Assembly (NCBI GenBank): GCA_020891255.1
Contig: BQFW01000011.1
Location: forward strand, 2,036,618 to 2,100,617
Reading direction: 5' to 3'
Length of the DNA stretch: 64,000 nucleotides
DNA from: Entomortierella parvispora E1425
Lineage: Eukaryota > Fungi > Mortierellomycota
In this document: piece after piece, positions 37,615 through 50,199 of the stretch
Layout of the letters: the number at the start of each line of letters is the position of its first letter
Position numbering within the stretch: position 1 is the stretch's first letter
Program-made: the position numbers and the translations under genes
Notes under the pieces: generated by a model
The model's input: the letters and a program-made list of their open reading frames with translations, nothing else
The model's database searches: none
Told to the model about the DNA's origin: nothing

Positions 37615-40406
37615 ATGGATACGACTCAGTCGATGCGCCTGTTAGGCCGGACGGATATTGAAGAGATCACTGTGGAGCGCATCTGTGGGGAGAATGTCGT
37701 CTTCTGGGAGGATATCGAGGTCGTGTTCCCTGGTATACAGCGTATCAAGAACGGAAGAGCAACCCTCAGCATGCTAAGGTCATCGGACGGCCACAGGTAA
37801 ACAACGGATGAAAAAGATGTTTGTATTCCAAACCCATCACTGACATGGAAGGTCTGTTCTCTTGAATTTTGCTCTAAAGACTTGTGCCTCACCGAATCAA
37901 GTATCGGCCAGGAGTCGACGTAGTGTTGTTCGATACTGAAGTATCCACCCAGGAGCAGTTATCGAATCAAGGGCTGTTCAACGATCAAGCGGCGTCATCC
38001 ACTATGCAATTAGCTGCAGCGAATCTCGTCCAAGACCACATGCTCTTGCCACGTTCTGAACGCCAATCTTCAACAGTATCGTTATCAGCTGGTGGTCTCA
38101 GCCCTGCAATCATGGCTGCTCCCGATACACTGTCAGCGGCTGAATCCCAAAAGCCCAGAGACGCAGCAGATCCCTATAATAATCATCAACCTGGAGTGCC
38201 ATTGAACCCCAACAAACTCCCACCGATATCCAATGCAACACCGATTACATCGCCAGTGGCGACTGATATAGAGGCTGCTACAGACCGACCGCACTTTCAG
38301 CAGTCTATGGTTAGCCCGGTGGAAAAACCCCACATTTCTACATTCAGCACCAACAAGATGGCAGCCAATGCAGATAAACCTACTATTATACAGGAAAAAG
38401 CAGAAGCAATATTTACGCAACACTGTGACATCGATTCCGCCATGCCGAGGTTCTTCATTGTTCTTCCTGAGACGCCAGCGCCTTGGGATCAAATGTCAAT
38501 GGCCCAAGCAACATTTCGTCTCTATTTCATCTGTGCCTGTGATGAACACACCAAACATACCAAGTCGACGAAGCTTGGATCAGACGTCAGGATCGCTCGA
38601 ACGTTACATATTCCCAGCCATGAAGGTTATATTGTAAGGAACCCAATATCGCTTTTTCGGGAACACGGTCCTTTTCTTCTGGTGGCGCTTGAGACATTTA
38701 AGGAGATTCTTGCCAACGCCAGTGCAACTTACCCTATCGCTACCGGAATTGGAACCGACGTCTCTGAGAGAGTCGAGTATTCCCTCCAGTATCTGAAGGA
38801 AGTTCGATTCAAAGTACAGGACTATACTAGTGCCGAGGTACGATCAAGAGCGTCGAAAGAAGATCTTCGTAATTACCTCAGTGGAGTGGAGGTATTGGGC
38901 AAGGCAACCCTCAATCAAATTGGGCCCTATTTAATACCGAACGGTCCAGGCAAATTCCTAGGAAACATATTCCGAATAGTCGCTGAGGACGGGCGTCTCT
39001 GCTGGGTTTGCAGGGAAAAATACCGACATCATCATCATGAAAAGAACACCCAGGATCTATACGATGTAGTTGAGCTGGCGGGAGGAGAGTTCAATGAGCA
39101 ATTGGGAACAGTAGGAATTACCAAAAACTCTGGCGTGCCAGCCGCAGAACTCTACGATGCGATGCAGCGGGCGAAGCGATCGCTCAGCCTCGGCCTTTAT
39201 ATGAGCGAAAATAACGACGTGGACGACTTCGAATCTTTGATACTGGCCCTCACAATATCAGGAGTACTCGCTCTTCATTTGGATCTATCCGCATGGGATT
39301 TTCAGCGTCATGTCGACGAAACTGTGTCCATTACCACAGTATTCATGAGTCTTCGCCGCATCCAACAAATCCTTACTATGAGGTCGATAACCGTCTCTGT
39401 ATCCGCGATGAACTATGTTGATTTTCTTTCCTTTCAGTCAGACGAACCACATCATTCCTGCAAGGTGCGGGTTGAATTGGCTTATCAATATTATGAGAAG
39501 AAAAAGGTGCAAGCTATTGCAGAGGCTCTCATGACCGACTCGGCACTAGCTGTTTTGAGCGTAACAGGGGGCATTTAGTGCCAGAACGTTCGGACACTTG
39601 CTGGGGCGCTCATTGTTAATTCGACACTGACCACCTTGTGCCTGGACGGAAATGATATCCAGGACAACGGCGCTAAAGCCTTGGCGGCAGCACTAAGGTC
39701 CAATTCGACCTTGATCTACTTGAGCCTGCAAGAGAACCATTTGAAAGAAACCGGAGCCAATGCTCTGGCCAATGCCCTGAAAACCAATTCGGCGCTGACA
39801 ACTTTGGTATTGACATTGAACCGCATCGGACCTCAAGGAGCCCAAGCTATGGCCTTGGCGCTAAAAGAAAACTCTACCCTGACCACCCTGAACTTGGAGA
39901 ATAACGGAGTTGAAGACATCGGAGCCAAAGCCCTGTCCGAGGCACTCAAGACGAACTCGACTCTCGTCAACCTGGCTTTGGGAACAAACAGTATTGGAAG
40001 GGCTGGAACTCAAGCGTTGTTCGAGGCCCTCGAGTTTAACTCGAGCTTGGTCACACTATCCTTAGAAGACAGTAGCTTTGCATTCATTGGTCTTAAGCTG
40101 GCTAAATCACTCCTGACGAACTCAACCCTTTTAGAATTGAGGTTGGATGGTTGCATCATGCTTGACGAAGACCTCGAAGCTCTAGCCGAAGCTCTCAAGG
40201 TCAACTCGACACTAGAAGCACTCTATCTTCAGTCCAACATTGCCGGGGACGGTTCAGCTCAGGTATTTGCTGAAGCACTTAAAGTTAACAGGACCCTGAG
40301 GATATTGGACTTGGATAATAACAAAATTGGATCAATTGGAGCCCTTGCTCTGCTTGAAGCACTGAAGATGACAGAATGCAATGTCATTTTCGCCATGGTT
40401 AAATAA
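37615..40406 (+). pseudogene. Mortierellaceae-type N-terminal domain plus RNI-like (NLRC3-like) LRR gene, interrupted by one in-frame TAG
   Basis: Exon 1 MDTTQSMRLLG...VFWEDIEVVFPG; PRFFIVLP...FRLYFICACDEHT...HEGY motif; ~28-aa repeats GAxALAxALKxNSTLxxLxL. ORFs 37884-39578 and 39636-40406 share a frame and are separated only by TAG 39576-39578. Confidence 0.75.
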
Positions 40407-40799
40407 ACATGATTATTTCTACTTTGCAGATAGCTACAGATGGATTTGCATGTCACCTCGAGCAACCGAACAAGAGAGAGAAATGTATATAAAAGATTTT
40501 ATTTTCCAGCTTTTCCTAGTCTTGGCCACGATGCAGAGCCCGCTACTAGTTCCTGAAGATTATCATCAGCAGTCCATGGGACTAATGGCAGCACATATTC
40601 GATCCTTATGAGTACCCATAATTACAATGCCACTGGCACCAATTATCGTCCGGGAACGAAGTTGAGAGAGGTCAAGCCACATTCAGAAAAAAAAAAAAAT
40701 GCAGCACATTCGTCTTTTTCATCCAGACATTGTCAGGCCAGTGTCTTAGCAGTTTGTGGTCGCGATGGAGTGTCTGTAGATTCTTGATAGACAGATCTA

Positions 40800-42760
40800 T
40801 AAACCAAGAGAGAAACTGATACTACTTTGTGGCAGTATGGCGGGATTGCCGCGACAAGTCCTATATTGCTCAGACAGTTTCTTCGTCTCACGCTGAGATA
40901 AGAGGAGCCATCCCGAAAACTTCCAAGTAGTGACGGTTGTCATGCTGATAATCTCTGCATGCCAACACTGGTCCTTTGAATAAAGTTTCCGCCCCGGGTG
41001 ACATGCCAATTATCGATAGCTCTTGGTCTGCTGGGTATTCCTTTCAATTTGCTGATAGAATGAATTCCCAATTATTCCTACGATCAGCCACCCTGAGAAC
41101 ATGTTGCTTGTTGGTGCCGAAAGTATCCAGGATCCGTCCTACAAAAAAAAAAAAAAAAAAAAAAAGAGATGCTTCCATGAACATACCACTGGTAGGTCAT
41201 TGAGTAGCCTGAGTCCTTGCAACCGTCGCCAACTGCAGGAACCCATCTTTGAACGCCAAGAACCCGCCCTCCATGACAAAGGCCAATCTGTTCTTGATGC
41301 TTTGAAATCGCAAGGCAAATGTCTTACGACTCCCCTGGGACGAGCACCGACGAGTTTGACACAGAGGTCATTGTGGATCTGTTCCTTGTCAACAGTGCTG
41401 ATTGAGATAAATCTATCGTTCGATACATAAAATCGTTAAGGCGCTTTGTCCACATCATCGAATCGTTGCTCCAAGCAAGTCTTCAGTAGTGGATATGATA
41501 GGCAGAATTGGTAACGCAAGTCGCAATAAAGCCTTTCGACCACATCCTGATGAAAAGACTGGCGAGCCGAGCCTTTGCTCCAAAGTCCAGTGCTCGATCC
41601 TGATCTAACAGATTTTGCTATTCGTGCATCCAGAAAGTCAGCAAACCATACTGGAAGTCTTTGCGGTCGCAGGGTCATTTGCTGAAAAATTGGTACCTGA
41701 TGAAGAGCCACTAGACCATTCCAGCTCATAGTAGCTCAATCCCGCGTCTCATGGTATGGAGGCGAATCTTGACCTCGTCCTACATTGAAGCTCGCTGGAG
41801 TTTGTGGAGTGAAACCAGTATGGCGGAATGGTTGTATGGTCAATGTTGAGGCAGTCCATCGGAAGCCTTCCCAGCACTTGAACATCATCCAGAATCAAAA
41901 TAAACCTGGCCTTGCCTGTGGTGCACGTTCAAGAAGTCGTCTTAGTGTCTCTTTCGCACAGGGTTGGTGATATTGAGCTTCCAAGAGTCGGAAGCCGTGA
42001 GCCACCAGTCTGACATCCTTGAAACGGCCCCCAAGCACATACAGTGCTGCCTTGCAGGAGTATATCCACCTTCTGCAGGAGAGCAAGGGCGAATCTGGTG
42101 GATGCTCCAGAAGGCCGAATGTCAAATCTCGCATGCGGTCTGTGATTTGCTGTTTGTTGTTCGTTGAATGGATGTTTGGGGTTATCTGACAACGCCCGTA
42201 CAACGCAAGCATGTCGTTCGATCCGGGATCCTTCTTATCCACTTTGACGTAAAGGCCACATGTTTTCAGCTGCATCTCGGGACGTTGATGGACCCACGGA
42301 TAGTTGGTGAGAATGTCATCTGCGCCACTTGTTGAGTTTCTAGAACGTGCAGATTTTGGCAAGCCAGAAACAATGGCGGTGTAATTTCTTCAGCCATCAC
42401 TTGTCCGCGCTCTCCTGCTCCTGAGATCCTGCCCCATGCGATAATTCCTGTTCCTATGGCGGTCAATGTGACTATTTTGAAGAGATGAGCAAAACGATAA
42501 TAGACGCAGCTGAGAAGGACACGCGCGATTAACTCACCAGGTACATCTGAGTATAGAGAAGGGGAAGCGGGGAGACCTTGGAGAGAGATGAGCAGATACT
42601 GGAGTATGGACATCGGACTGAGCGCTGCTGCCACCGTCACGTTGACGCCCTGATACCCAACCATTACACCTAGAAGCAAGAGTAGTTTGTATGAGCGCAC
42701 GTACAAGGGTTTTCGCAGCATTAACGAAAAACGCAGACATTACCTGATGGTGGTCCTTGG
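40800..42760 (-). pseudogene. Decayed relic of a probable P-loop NTPase-like lineage-expanded gene (possibly Crinkler-associated)
   Basis: Protein-like fragments in shifting frames: LQGLPASPSLYSDVP, DMLALYGRC (possible Walker A remnant), FILILDDVQVLGR (Walker B-like, 41904-41866), GLSYYELEW, VERLYCDLRYQF. Many stops and frameshifts. Family is inferred from memory. Confidence 0.35.
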
Positions 42761-45700
42761 GCAATGAAGTCGGTGTGGTCATCGAGATTCTCGGGAAACA
42801 ATCGTCCGTTTGTTCTGCTTGGTCTTCACTTCAATCATTTCGACTGAGTCCTGATTGGCATCCGGATTGGAAACGCACCAGAGGAAAGGTATGTGTGTTC
42901 GAGGTTTTTGCAAGTCTCTTGATTTTTTTGACGTTGATTGAAACGTTGAGGTACCAACTGTAATGGCAGAGTGCATGTCGACAGGGATGGCTTTCCACGA
43001 AACAAAGCAGCATGTTGCGAGTGTCTCTGAGAAGGGGGAAATGAAATGGAGGTTCGAGATGAGAAAAGTAGGAGCTAGGAAACAGCGTCGAGATGGGAAT
43101 GGCGTGGAAGAAGGAGGACCAAGAGGATGATGTGTGGGTGTGTGGGTCTCCGATGTTTGTTGGAAGGAGACGGAAGGAGGCATCAGAAGCATCAGCATGG
43201 TGCCAGTTACTGTCGTTATTTCCTACTCTGCAGGGAAATAAAAAGACCATGCCTGCCTGGACCGGCACTTACTTTTTTTTTTTTTTGTGGGTTCAGCATC
43301 GACCTTTGTCTTTCTCGCTCCCCTCTACATCCTTGAATCCCGCTTCATGGACTACCGCGATAGATATCGATAGACCATCCCGCCTGGCTGACTGACTGAA
43401 GAACAATGATGACAAGATATGGCCATTGAGGTCACGGTTGACCATGCCTTTGCACTTCCTTCTCCTTGATAATCGCCAGACACCACGCCACTCCAGCAGA
43501 ATGCAGGGCCATCTGGAAACAAAAGAAGCTGAAAGTTGGCCATAATGTCAACGCCTCAGAGCTGGTTGTAGACCCGACAGTCAAAAGCAACACTTGCAAG
43601 TACACGTGAAATCCACCAAGTGCAGAAAAAAGAAAATGAGAAAATGGCTATCATGGATCGACCTTGAAAAGGCTGCCTTGATCTCATGATCCGTGTCGCA
43701 ATATCGGCGATGTATGTCCCTGCCCCTTCTCGAACCACCAGGAACTTGGATCGAACTTGGCATGCATTTCCGTTGTAAGATTGTTATTATCTCTCAGAAA
43801 TATCGACATGGCATAGGTCCCGCTCTCCTTCGTCAGGTCCAGCTTGTTATTATTACCTGCCGGATTATGAGTCACTTTCCCCTAGTTCGCTTTGATTCAA
43901 CAGTAGGCCTGTACATCCTACACCACACAATTGTATGTGGCTCCTTACCTTGTCCTCCAGTCTGCAATTCATAATAAACCATGCCTTTCGGCCCTTTTCT
44001 TATTCTTGCCCTGTCTGGTCGTGACAACGACTCTTTGTCTCCTCGAGAAGTCCTGGCTCATGAGTTGTCTCCCTTGCACTTCAGATAAGTCATGGGAAAA
44101 GTAAATCGAGACAGAGTGTCTTGGGGTTGCACTTGAGGAACAAAGTCAAGTCGTGTCAGCTTTCTTCTCATGTATCGCTGTCCTCCCAATTCTTTCTTGC
44201 CTTTGTCTCTCCCTTCGTTTCATCTTTCTTCCATCTTGCCTCTTGCATTCCACTCGGCCGCCAACCAAGTGGATATATGAACTACATACCCATTGATTGG
44301 GCCAGGTTCGGCCGCTTGTCTTCTGTTTATATTCCTGATTGTTGATGTGCCGCGTTTCGCGTGGAGCCCATCTCTTCTGTTAATAGACTGCCAAACCAAA
44401 ATGTTCCTCTACATTGTCCTCTTCTAGCTTTCGTGGCCTCTTTCTCTGTTGGAGCACCACTGCCTAAACCAAGATCGTTTCATCTTGAGGTAGGCGAGTG
44501 CCATAAGCAGGGCAAGGACAGTGAGGAGCGGAAAAATACACGATCCTGTGCTGCGGTTATCTGCTCTTGCGGGACAGATCAATCTCATTTAGAAGAAAAA
44601 GCGGAGGAACTGCCTTTTGCGATTGCCTGCTGAGAAGGCGTCGGAGCGAGGAAGTTCCACGAGACTCGAAAGAAATAGTTGTTCTTTTGATGCCCCTCTC
44701 TGTCGAAGCCTTCATCTTTCTTGCCTAGTGAGAGGATAGCCTGCTCAGTTGTCTTTGTCGTGCGTGCCCTTCTCTTCAGTCCCTGGATCACTGAGGGAAG
44801 CAGCACAGATACATGTCAAATGGAAGGGTGCGATCGATGGGTGAGCGCGCAGGAAGAGGCTATGGAGGTAGATTCAGAGCATTCGTTCATGGTCAGATTA
44901 ATGGAGACCCGCTTGTCCTTGACTTGGAGCCCTATTCCCAGTGGGACCTGTGGAAACCGGATGCGGAATCCAAAAAAAAAAAAAAAAAAAATCGCGTCTT
45001 GACGCGCTTTCCTCTCCGCCAGAGCACAACAAACCGAAGGGACTTGGAGGAAGAGGTCGCATCATCCACTGTGACAACTCTCGCACCGTGCCTGCATCGA
45101 GATGCACATGTCCATCCAAGGTCTAAAGAAGGAGCAATCTTGGAGAAGCACTTTGCGGCCGCTGGCACAAAAAAAAAAGTAAACGACTCTTCACCGTGTT
45201 GTCGTTTGTTGTCCGCATCGCATGGACTGATCGTTCCTGAACTCTTTTGCCCTTCTCTTCTCTTTCCTCTTGTCCCTATCTTCTCTTCCCTTCCATTCCC
45301 TCTCGACAATTATCCCAAGACCATTGTAGAGGGGGAGAAATGCGCGTTGTTGTTTGTTGCCGTTGGGACTGATCATCCCTGAACTAGCCTCTTTTTCTCT
45401 CCCTTCTCTCCATCTCTCTTTGTCTCTTACCTTCCTAGGCTTGCCATCTCGTCTCTTCCATGCCTCTCATCTCTTCCATACCTCCTCTTCCATTACAGCA
45501 TCCGCTCATGCCGGACAGATGGGTGCTAACCTGACTTTGACTTGTTGGAAACAAATGCCCTTCAGCTCCAGCAGCAGAGGAAACTTCAAAAAAAAGGGGA
45601 CAAATGTCCTCATATTCTGACAAGTCGATCCAGTCCATTCCCTGCGGCGCGACAACGAAGAGAACTGGAAGAAGATATTGCGCTGCCGACTGCAGAGTGG

Positions 45701-46536
45701 ACATGTCCATCCAAGGGAGAATTACAGCTGCTGGCGAGGAAAAAAAAAGCAAGAACCCTGCCCCCCTTTTTCCTCTTCTCTTCTCTCTTGCTCCACCGTT
45801 TTCTTCCTCTTATTTTCCTTGAACTTGTCAACTGTCCCTTTCTTCTCTCTCCCTTCTTTCCTCTCTTCTCTTCCCTCTTGATCGTCTTTCGTCTTCTCAT
45901 CTCTCTTGTTCGTCAGTCTTGATCCTTTCTTGTCTTCACTCTTGCACTTTTTGGTCGCACGACGTGAGTTTCCCTCGGGATGACAGCGCAAAAAAAAAAA
46001 GCACAAAGGGACCCGCAAGGGGGTCGTTTGTCTCAGCTGTTGTTGGATCCGCTGTCCGTCTCTTCTTCTTTTCCCTCTCGTCCCTCTCTTCCTCTTGTTC
46101 CTCCTCCTCTTCTCCTTCTTGTCCCTCCTCTTCTCTTTCCTCTTGTTCCTCCTCTTCTCCCTCTTGTCCCTCCTCCTCGCTTTCCTCTTGTTCCTCCTCT
46201 TCTCCTCGCTGTTGTCCCTCCTATTCTCTTTCCTCCTTTCCTCTTCCCTCCCAAGACCACTGTTCTTTTGGATGGGGCGAGTGCAGCCTCCATTTGTCCA
46301 AAAAAAAAAAAGGCCGAAGGGGGGGGGGAGAAACGGGCGGTTGTTGTTTGTTGGATGGAGCGTCCCTGAACTTCTGTCTTTTTCTCCGGTCTGTCTCCCT
46401 CCCTTCTCTTGCCATCTCAACCCATCCTCCTTGCATCCCTCTCGTCCCTTGCATTCATCTCGTCCTCTCCTTCTCGTCTCTTGCATTCATCTCGTCCTCT
46501 CCTTCTCGTCTCTTACATCCATCTCGTCTCTTACAT

Positions 46537-46914
46537 CCATCTCGTCCCTTGCCTCCATCTCGTCCCTTGCCTCCATCTCGTCCCTTGCCTCCATCTCGTC
46601 CCTTGCCTCCATCTCGTCCCTTGCCTCCATCTCGTCCCTTGCCTCCATCTCGTCCCTTGCCTCCATCTCGTCCCTTGCCTCCATCTCGTCCCTTGCCTCC
46701 ATCTCGTCCCTTGCCTCCATCTCGTCCCTTGCCTCCATCTCGTCCCTTGCCTCCATCTCGTCCCTTGCCTCCATCTCGTCCCTTGCCTCCATCTCGTCCC
46801 TTGCCTCCATCTCGTCCCTTGCCTCCATCTCGTCCCTTGCCTCCATCTCGTCCCTTGCCTCCATCTCTTCCCTTGCCTCCATCTCTTCCCTTGCCTCCAT
46901 CTCTTCCCTTGCAT
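46537..46914. repeat. 18-bp minisatellite (CCATCTCGTCCCTTGCCT) x ~21
   Basis: Near-perfect units from 46537; the last three are a CTT variant; degenerate units upstream. Confidence 0.97.
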
Positions 46915-47176
46915 TCATGCTGTCTCTTGCATCGTTCGACCTTCTCGTCTCATGCATTCAATTCTCGCATCCCTCTTGCCTCCTGCATCCCTCTCTCTCG
47001 TCTCGTTTTTTGCATCCCTTTCCTCTCGTCTCTCTCGTCTCGATTCCTGCATCCTTCCTTTCTCCTCGACTCTTGTATCCTTACCCTGTCCTCCCGTGTC
47101 TTGCATCCGTCTTCTTTTTTGGATCTTTCTCCTCTCTTGCATCTCTCGTCTCCTGCATACCTTTTCCTTTTTGTAT

Positions 47177-47250
47177 CTCTCTTCTCTGTTGCATCTCTCT
47201 TCTCTGTTGCATCTCTCTTCTCTGTTGCATCTCTCTTCTCTGTTGCATCT
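47177..47250. repeat. 18-bp tandem repeat (CTCTCTTCTCTGTTGCAT) x ~4
   Basis: Read directly. Confidence 0.9.
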
Positions 47251-48289
47251 CATCTCGTGCATCCTTCTCCTCTCATGATTCGAACTCACATCTTTCACCT
47301 TTTGCGGCCGCCGTCTCAACCGACCCAATGCATCCAACTCGACTCTTACATCAAACATCAGCGGGTCTTTTGTGCCCCTGTCTTCGTTTTCGCTCTCTTC
47401 TTTTCGTGTTGACGCAAGCTTGGGCGTTTCCTCTCGCTTTCTCCTTCCTTTCTCACGCGTTGCTCGCTACTCCTTCCCTTTGTCGTCAACAACTTCTTTT
47501 ACATCTAATCATACGGAGAGAGCTCATTCAATCTAGCCATGAACCAGACTGGACCTGCGACCAACGAGATGCATGTAGGAAACGTGGTCATTAATTCAGG
47601 CGCGCACTTCTCAGGTAAGTCCTCTCTACCATCAACTGCTAGATTTCTCAGCCCCTCAGGTATAGCATGCAGTAGCGAGGAATGAGTCCGTTCCAGGGCA
47701 AAGTCACCGCAGTCTCATGTGTTTTGCGCCCTCGTCTCTGCCCTCTTGTTCCTACTTTTGTCTAGCGTGTACAACTTTTAATAAAAAAACTACGTGACAA
47801 CTGCACGAGCTGATGTTCTTGTCTGCATGCACGATGAGGAGAGTAAACACTGCAGACTTGGCTCTTTTTCCTTCTCGTACTTCATGAAATGCAGCCACGA
47901 ATTGTCGTAAGTGGCTAGCTCTCGGCTCCTGTCACCACTTCACTCCTCCAACTTAGGAGAGAATTTTTTTTTCCAAAAAAAAAAGAAATCTAAGAACAGC
48001 AGTTACGCATCAACCACCTTGTCAATCGCCAATTTTTCTTCATGAATACAGTCCTTTGATGAATAGCCACCTCCCCATATGAAAATCACGTTGGTCGTCA
48101 ACGTAGATATCAAGGAATAAGCGTTCGATTTTCACAAAAAAAGAGAATAAAAAATGCAATTGCCCAAGATCTACCTTATGGATTGACGATTTTTTTGGCT
48201 TGATAGAATACTTATGAGGAGAGCTCTCTGATGCACCGTATCTCATATCTCTACGAAGGAAAAAAAGCACCTTGTTTTTATATCTTCAG

Positions 48290-48375
48290 AAAAGCAAGGC
48301 CGAAGCCGGATTCGAACCTGGGAGAAAAAGTAAACAAAAGGATTTACCTAATAGTCCAGAAAGTCTAAGCCACCC
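48290..48375 (-). other. Degenerate tRNA-like Pol III promoter (SINE head or tRNA relic)
   Basis: B box GGTTCGAATCC (48318-48308), A-box-like TGGCTTAGACT (48372-48362), GGC-TTCG-GCC hairpin, then TTTT. No cloverleaf. Confidence 0.3.
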
Positions 48376-48591
48376 TAATATCAGACATTTCCTTTTTAGG
48401 ACAAAACAGAAACTGTATCTTACGGTCGGTCAGAATGGCGCAAACGATGCATAGACGCTCTAGGACGTCGTTAAACTGTTCAAATACGCGAGTTTAGGGC
48501 GAATAAACCCTAAATTAAGGTTTAGGGTTTTTTAGGTTTTAATTCTTTAATGGGGTATGCCAGTCGGCTCAATGCTTGATGGTTTACGGGG

Positions 48592-49428
48592 CTATCTGGG
48601 GCCACGCCTGGAGGCGGGGCGGGAGTGGTATGGTTTGGGGCGGGAGTGGGCACGCTTGGGCTTGGGATGGGCCTGTGGCCTGAGGCGGAAGAGGTGATGA
48701 GAGATCTGATCACTCAAATCCATGAACTGGTCCTCCAGGTCATCCAAGCCTTGCATCGCCGAATGTTCGCCTACTTGGGCTTGCTCGTGTATCCTGAGGC
48801 GCGCTTCGACATACTCGAAGCGCCTTTGGAGAGTCTGAACGAAGGTCTCCAGGGCCTGGGTATATTGCCTCGGATGCATAGGGGTTGGGGCGTCTTGTGG
48901 TTGGTGAACGTCAACCACGGGCGCCTGGTCGACAGTGCCAGTCGCTGCCTGTGACAGGGGGGGGAGTCCACCCCCCATTGTCTCCAGCGGGCTCTGTGGC
49001 ACCATCTCCAACAGGTCTTGTTCTTGCTCGAGCGCCGGCAATGGTTGGGTAGCCTCATCGTCCGCATCAGCCACGTACGTGGTGTCAGCAACGTGATGGC
49101 CTTGCCCCGTCTCGTCCTCCTGTCCCGAGGGAGGGTCCGTTATCTCGGCGTCGTCATCTTGGTGGTTGTCCTCCTTGAGTCCTCGCTCCCCTGCCCCTCG
49201 TCATCGGACCCGCCGAAGACGGTGTGGGTGGGGGGGGCCCGCCTCTGGCGGGGGCGGAGGTTCATGGGTCTAGGACTCATCATGGAGCCCTTAAGGTGGC
49301 TGTGGGCCTGTGTTAAGGGAACCAGGCCATTCTCGCCAACAAAGTCGTCGATGGTGACCTTCTTGGGGGTTTGGACAACTGTCTTGAAGCTCACTGGGGG
49401 AGTGCTGGGGGGCAGCGTGGCGGTTCAT
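48592..49428 (-). CDS. Hypothetical acidic/disordered protein with coiled coil and basic tail, apparently frameshifted
   Basis: CCACC-ATG at 49428 after a CT-rich leader. Adding one base in each of three short homopolymer runs joins MNRHAAPPALPPVSFKTVVQTPKK...SDDEGQGSEDSKEDNHQDDD...LETFVQTLQRRFEYVEARL...RPASRRGPR*. Confidence 0.45.
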
Positions 49429-50199
49429 GGTGGGAGTGCTGTTGTTGGTGGGGGTGGGTGGGTGGAATGGAGGAATGGAGAGAATGGAGAGAAGAGAAAG
49501 AGGTCCAAATTGGGTTGGGCATCTCTTTCATCTTTTCCATCTTGCTCCATCTTACTCCATCTCAATCCACCCTGACGATGGCGTGATCGATGGAACCCGA
49601 TCGGACCAATCGCATGCATCCACGACCCTGACAAGATGCATGAGGGCATTCTCCAACTCTTGGTCTCTTGGTCACACCCAAATGACCCCCCTGAGTGGGG
49701 GTCAGGGGGAAAGTTGGGGTCTCTGGGGGGAGACTGGGTGGACGGACTTTAGGGTGAAGAAACCCTACAATGGGGAAACCCTGCAATGGGGAGACCCTAC
49801 GCTGGGGACACCCCAGATTGGGGTGAGCCATGCCCAGGGCACCCAAGTTAGGGTGCAAGGTGGGGAAAGTAGGGTGTCCTTGTCTTGTCTTGTCTGCCTG
49901 CATGGGAGGAAAGCCCCGCCCATGTCACCCCAAGTAGGGGTGAGCGGGGAATAAGGAGTCCTTGCTTGCGCGCTCGCATGGGCGAGCTGGGATGCGCAAG
50001 CTGGCAGAGTCTTGAACGGCAACGGTGAGCAGAAAGGCGCAAGAAGAAGCTGCAAGTGCAAGCTAATGGGATAGCTGATGGCGAGTGGCCTCCCGAGCCC
50101 CATTGCCACGGCTCACGAGTGGGCTATGGATAGGGCTGCTAAAACCTCCTCTGGCCCCCAGTCCCCGGGGGAAGTGGGAGGAAGCCGGCCAGAGGGGGG

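Noticed and set aside
39505-39578. 72-nt intron (GTGCAA...TTTAG) that would remove the LRR gene's TAG
   Set aside because: Weak donor and branch point, and the segment encodes a well-formed LRR unit (VQAIAEALMTDSALAVLSV).
45919-47594. Long ORFs such as (PSRPLP)n, (SSLASI)n, (EMEARD)n
   Set aside because: Produced by the stop-free 18-bp minisatellite and low-complexity flanks; open in many frames at once.
48290-48375. Intact tRNA gene
   Set aside because: The T-stem is mismatched and there is no acceptor, D or anticodon stem; kept only as a degenerate Pol III-like cassette.
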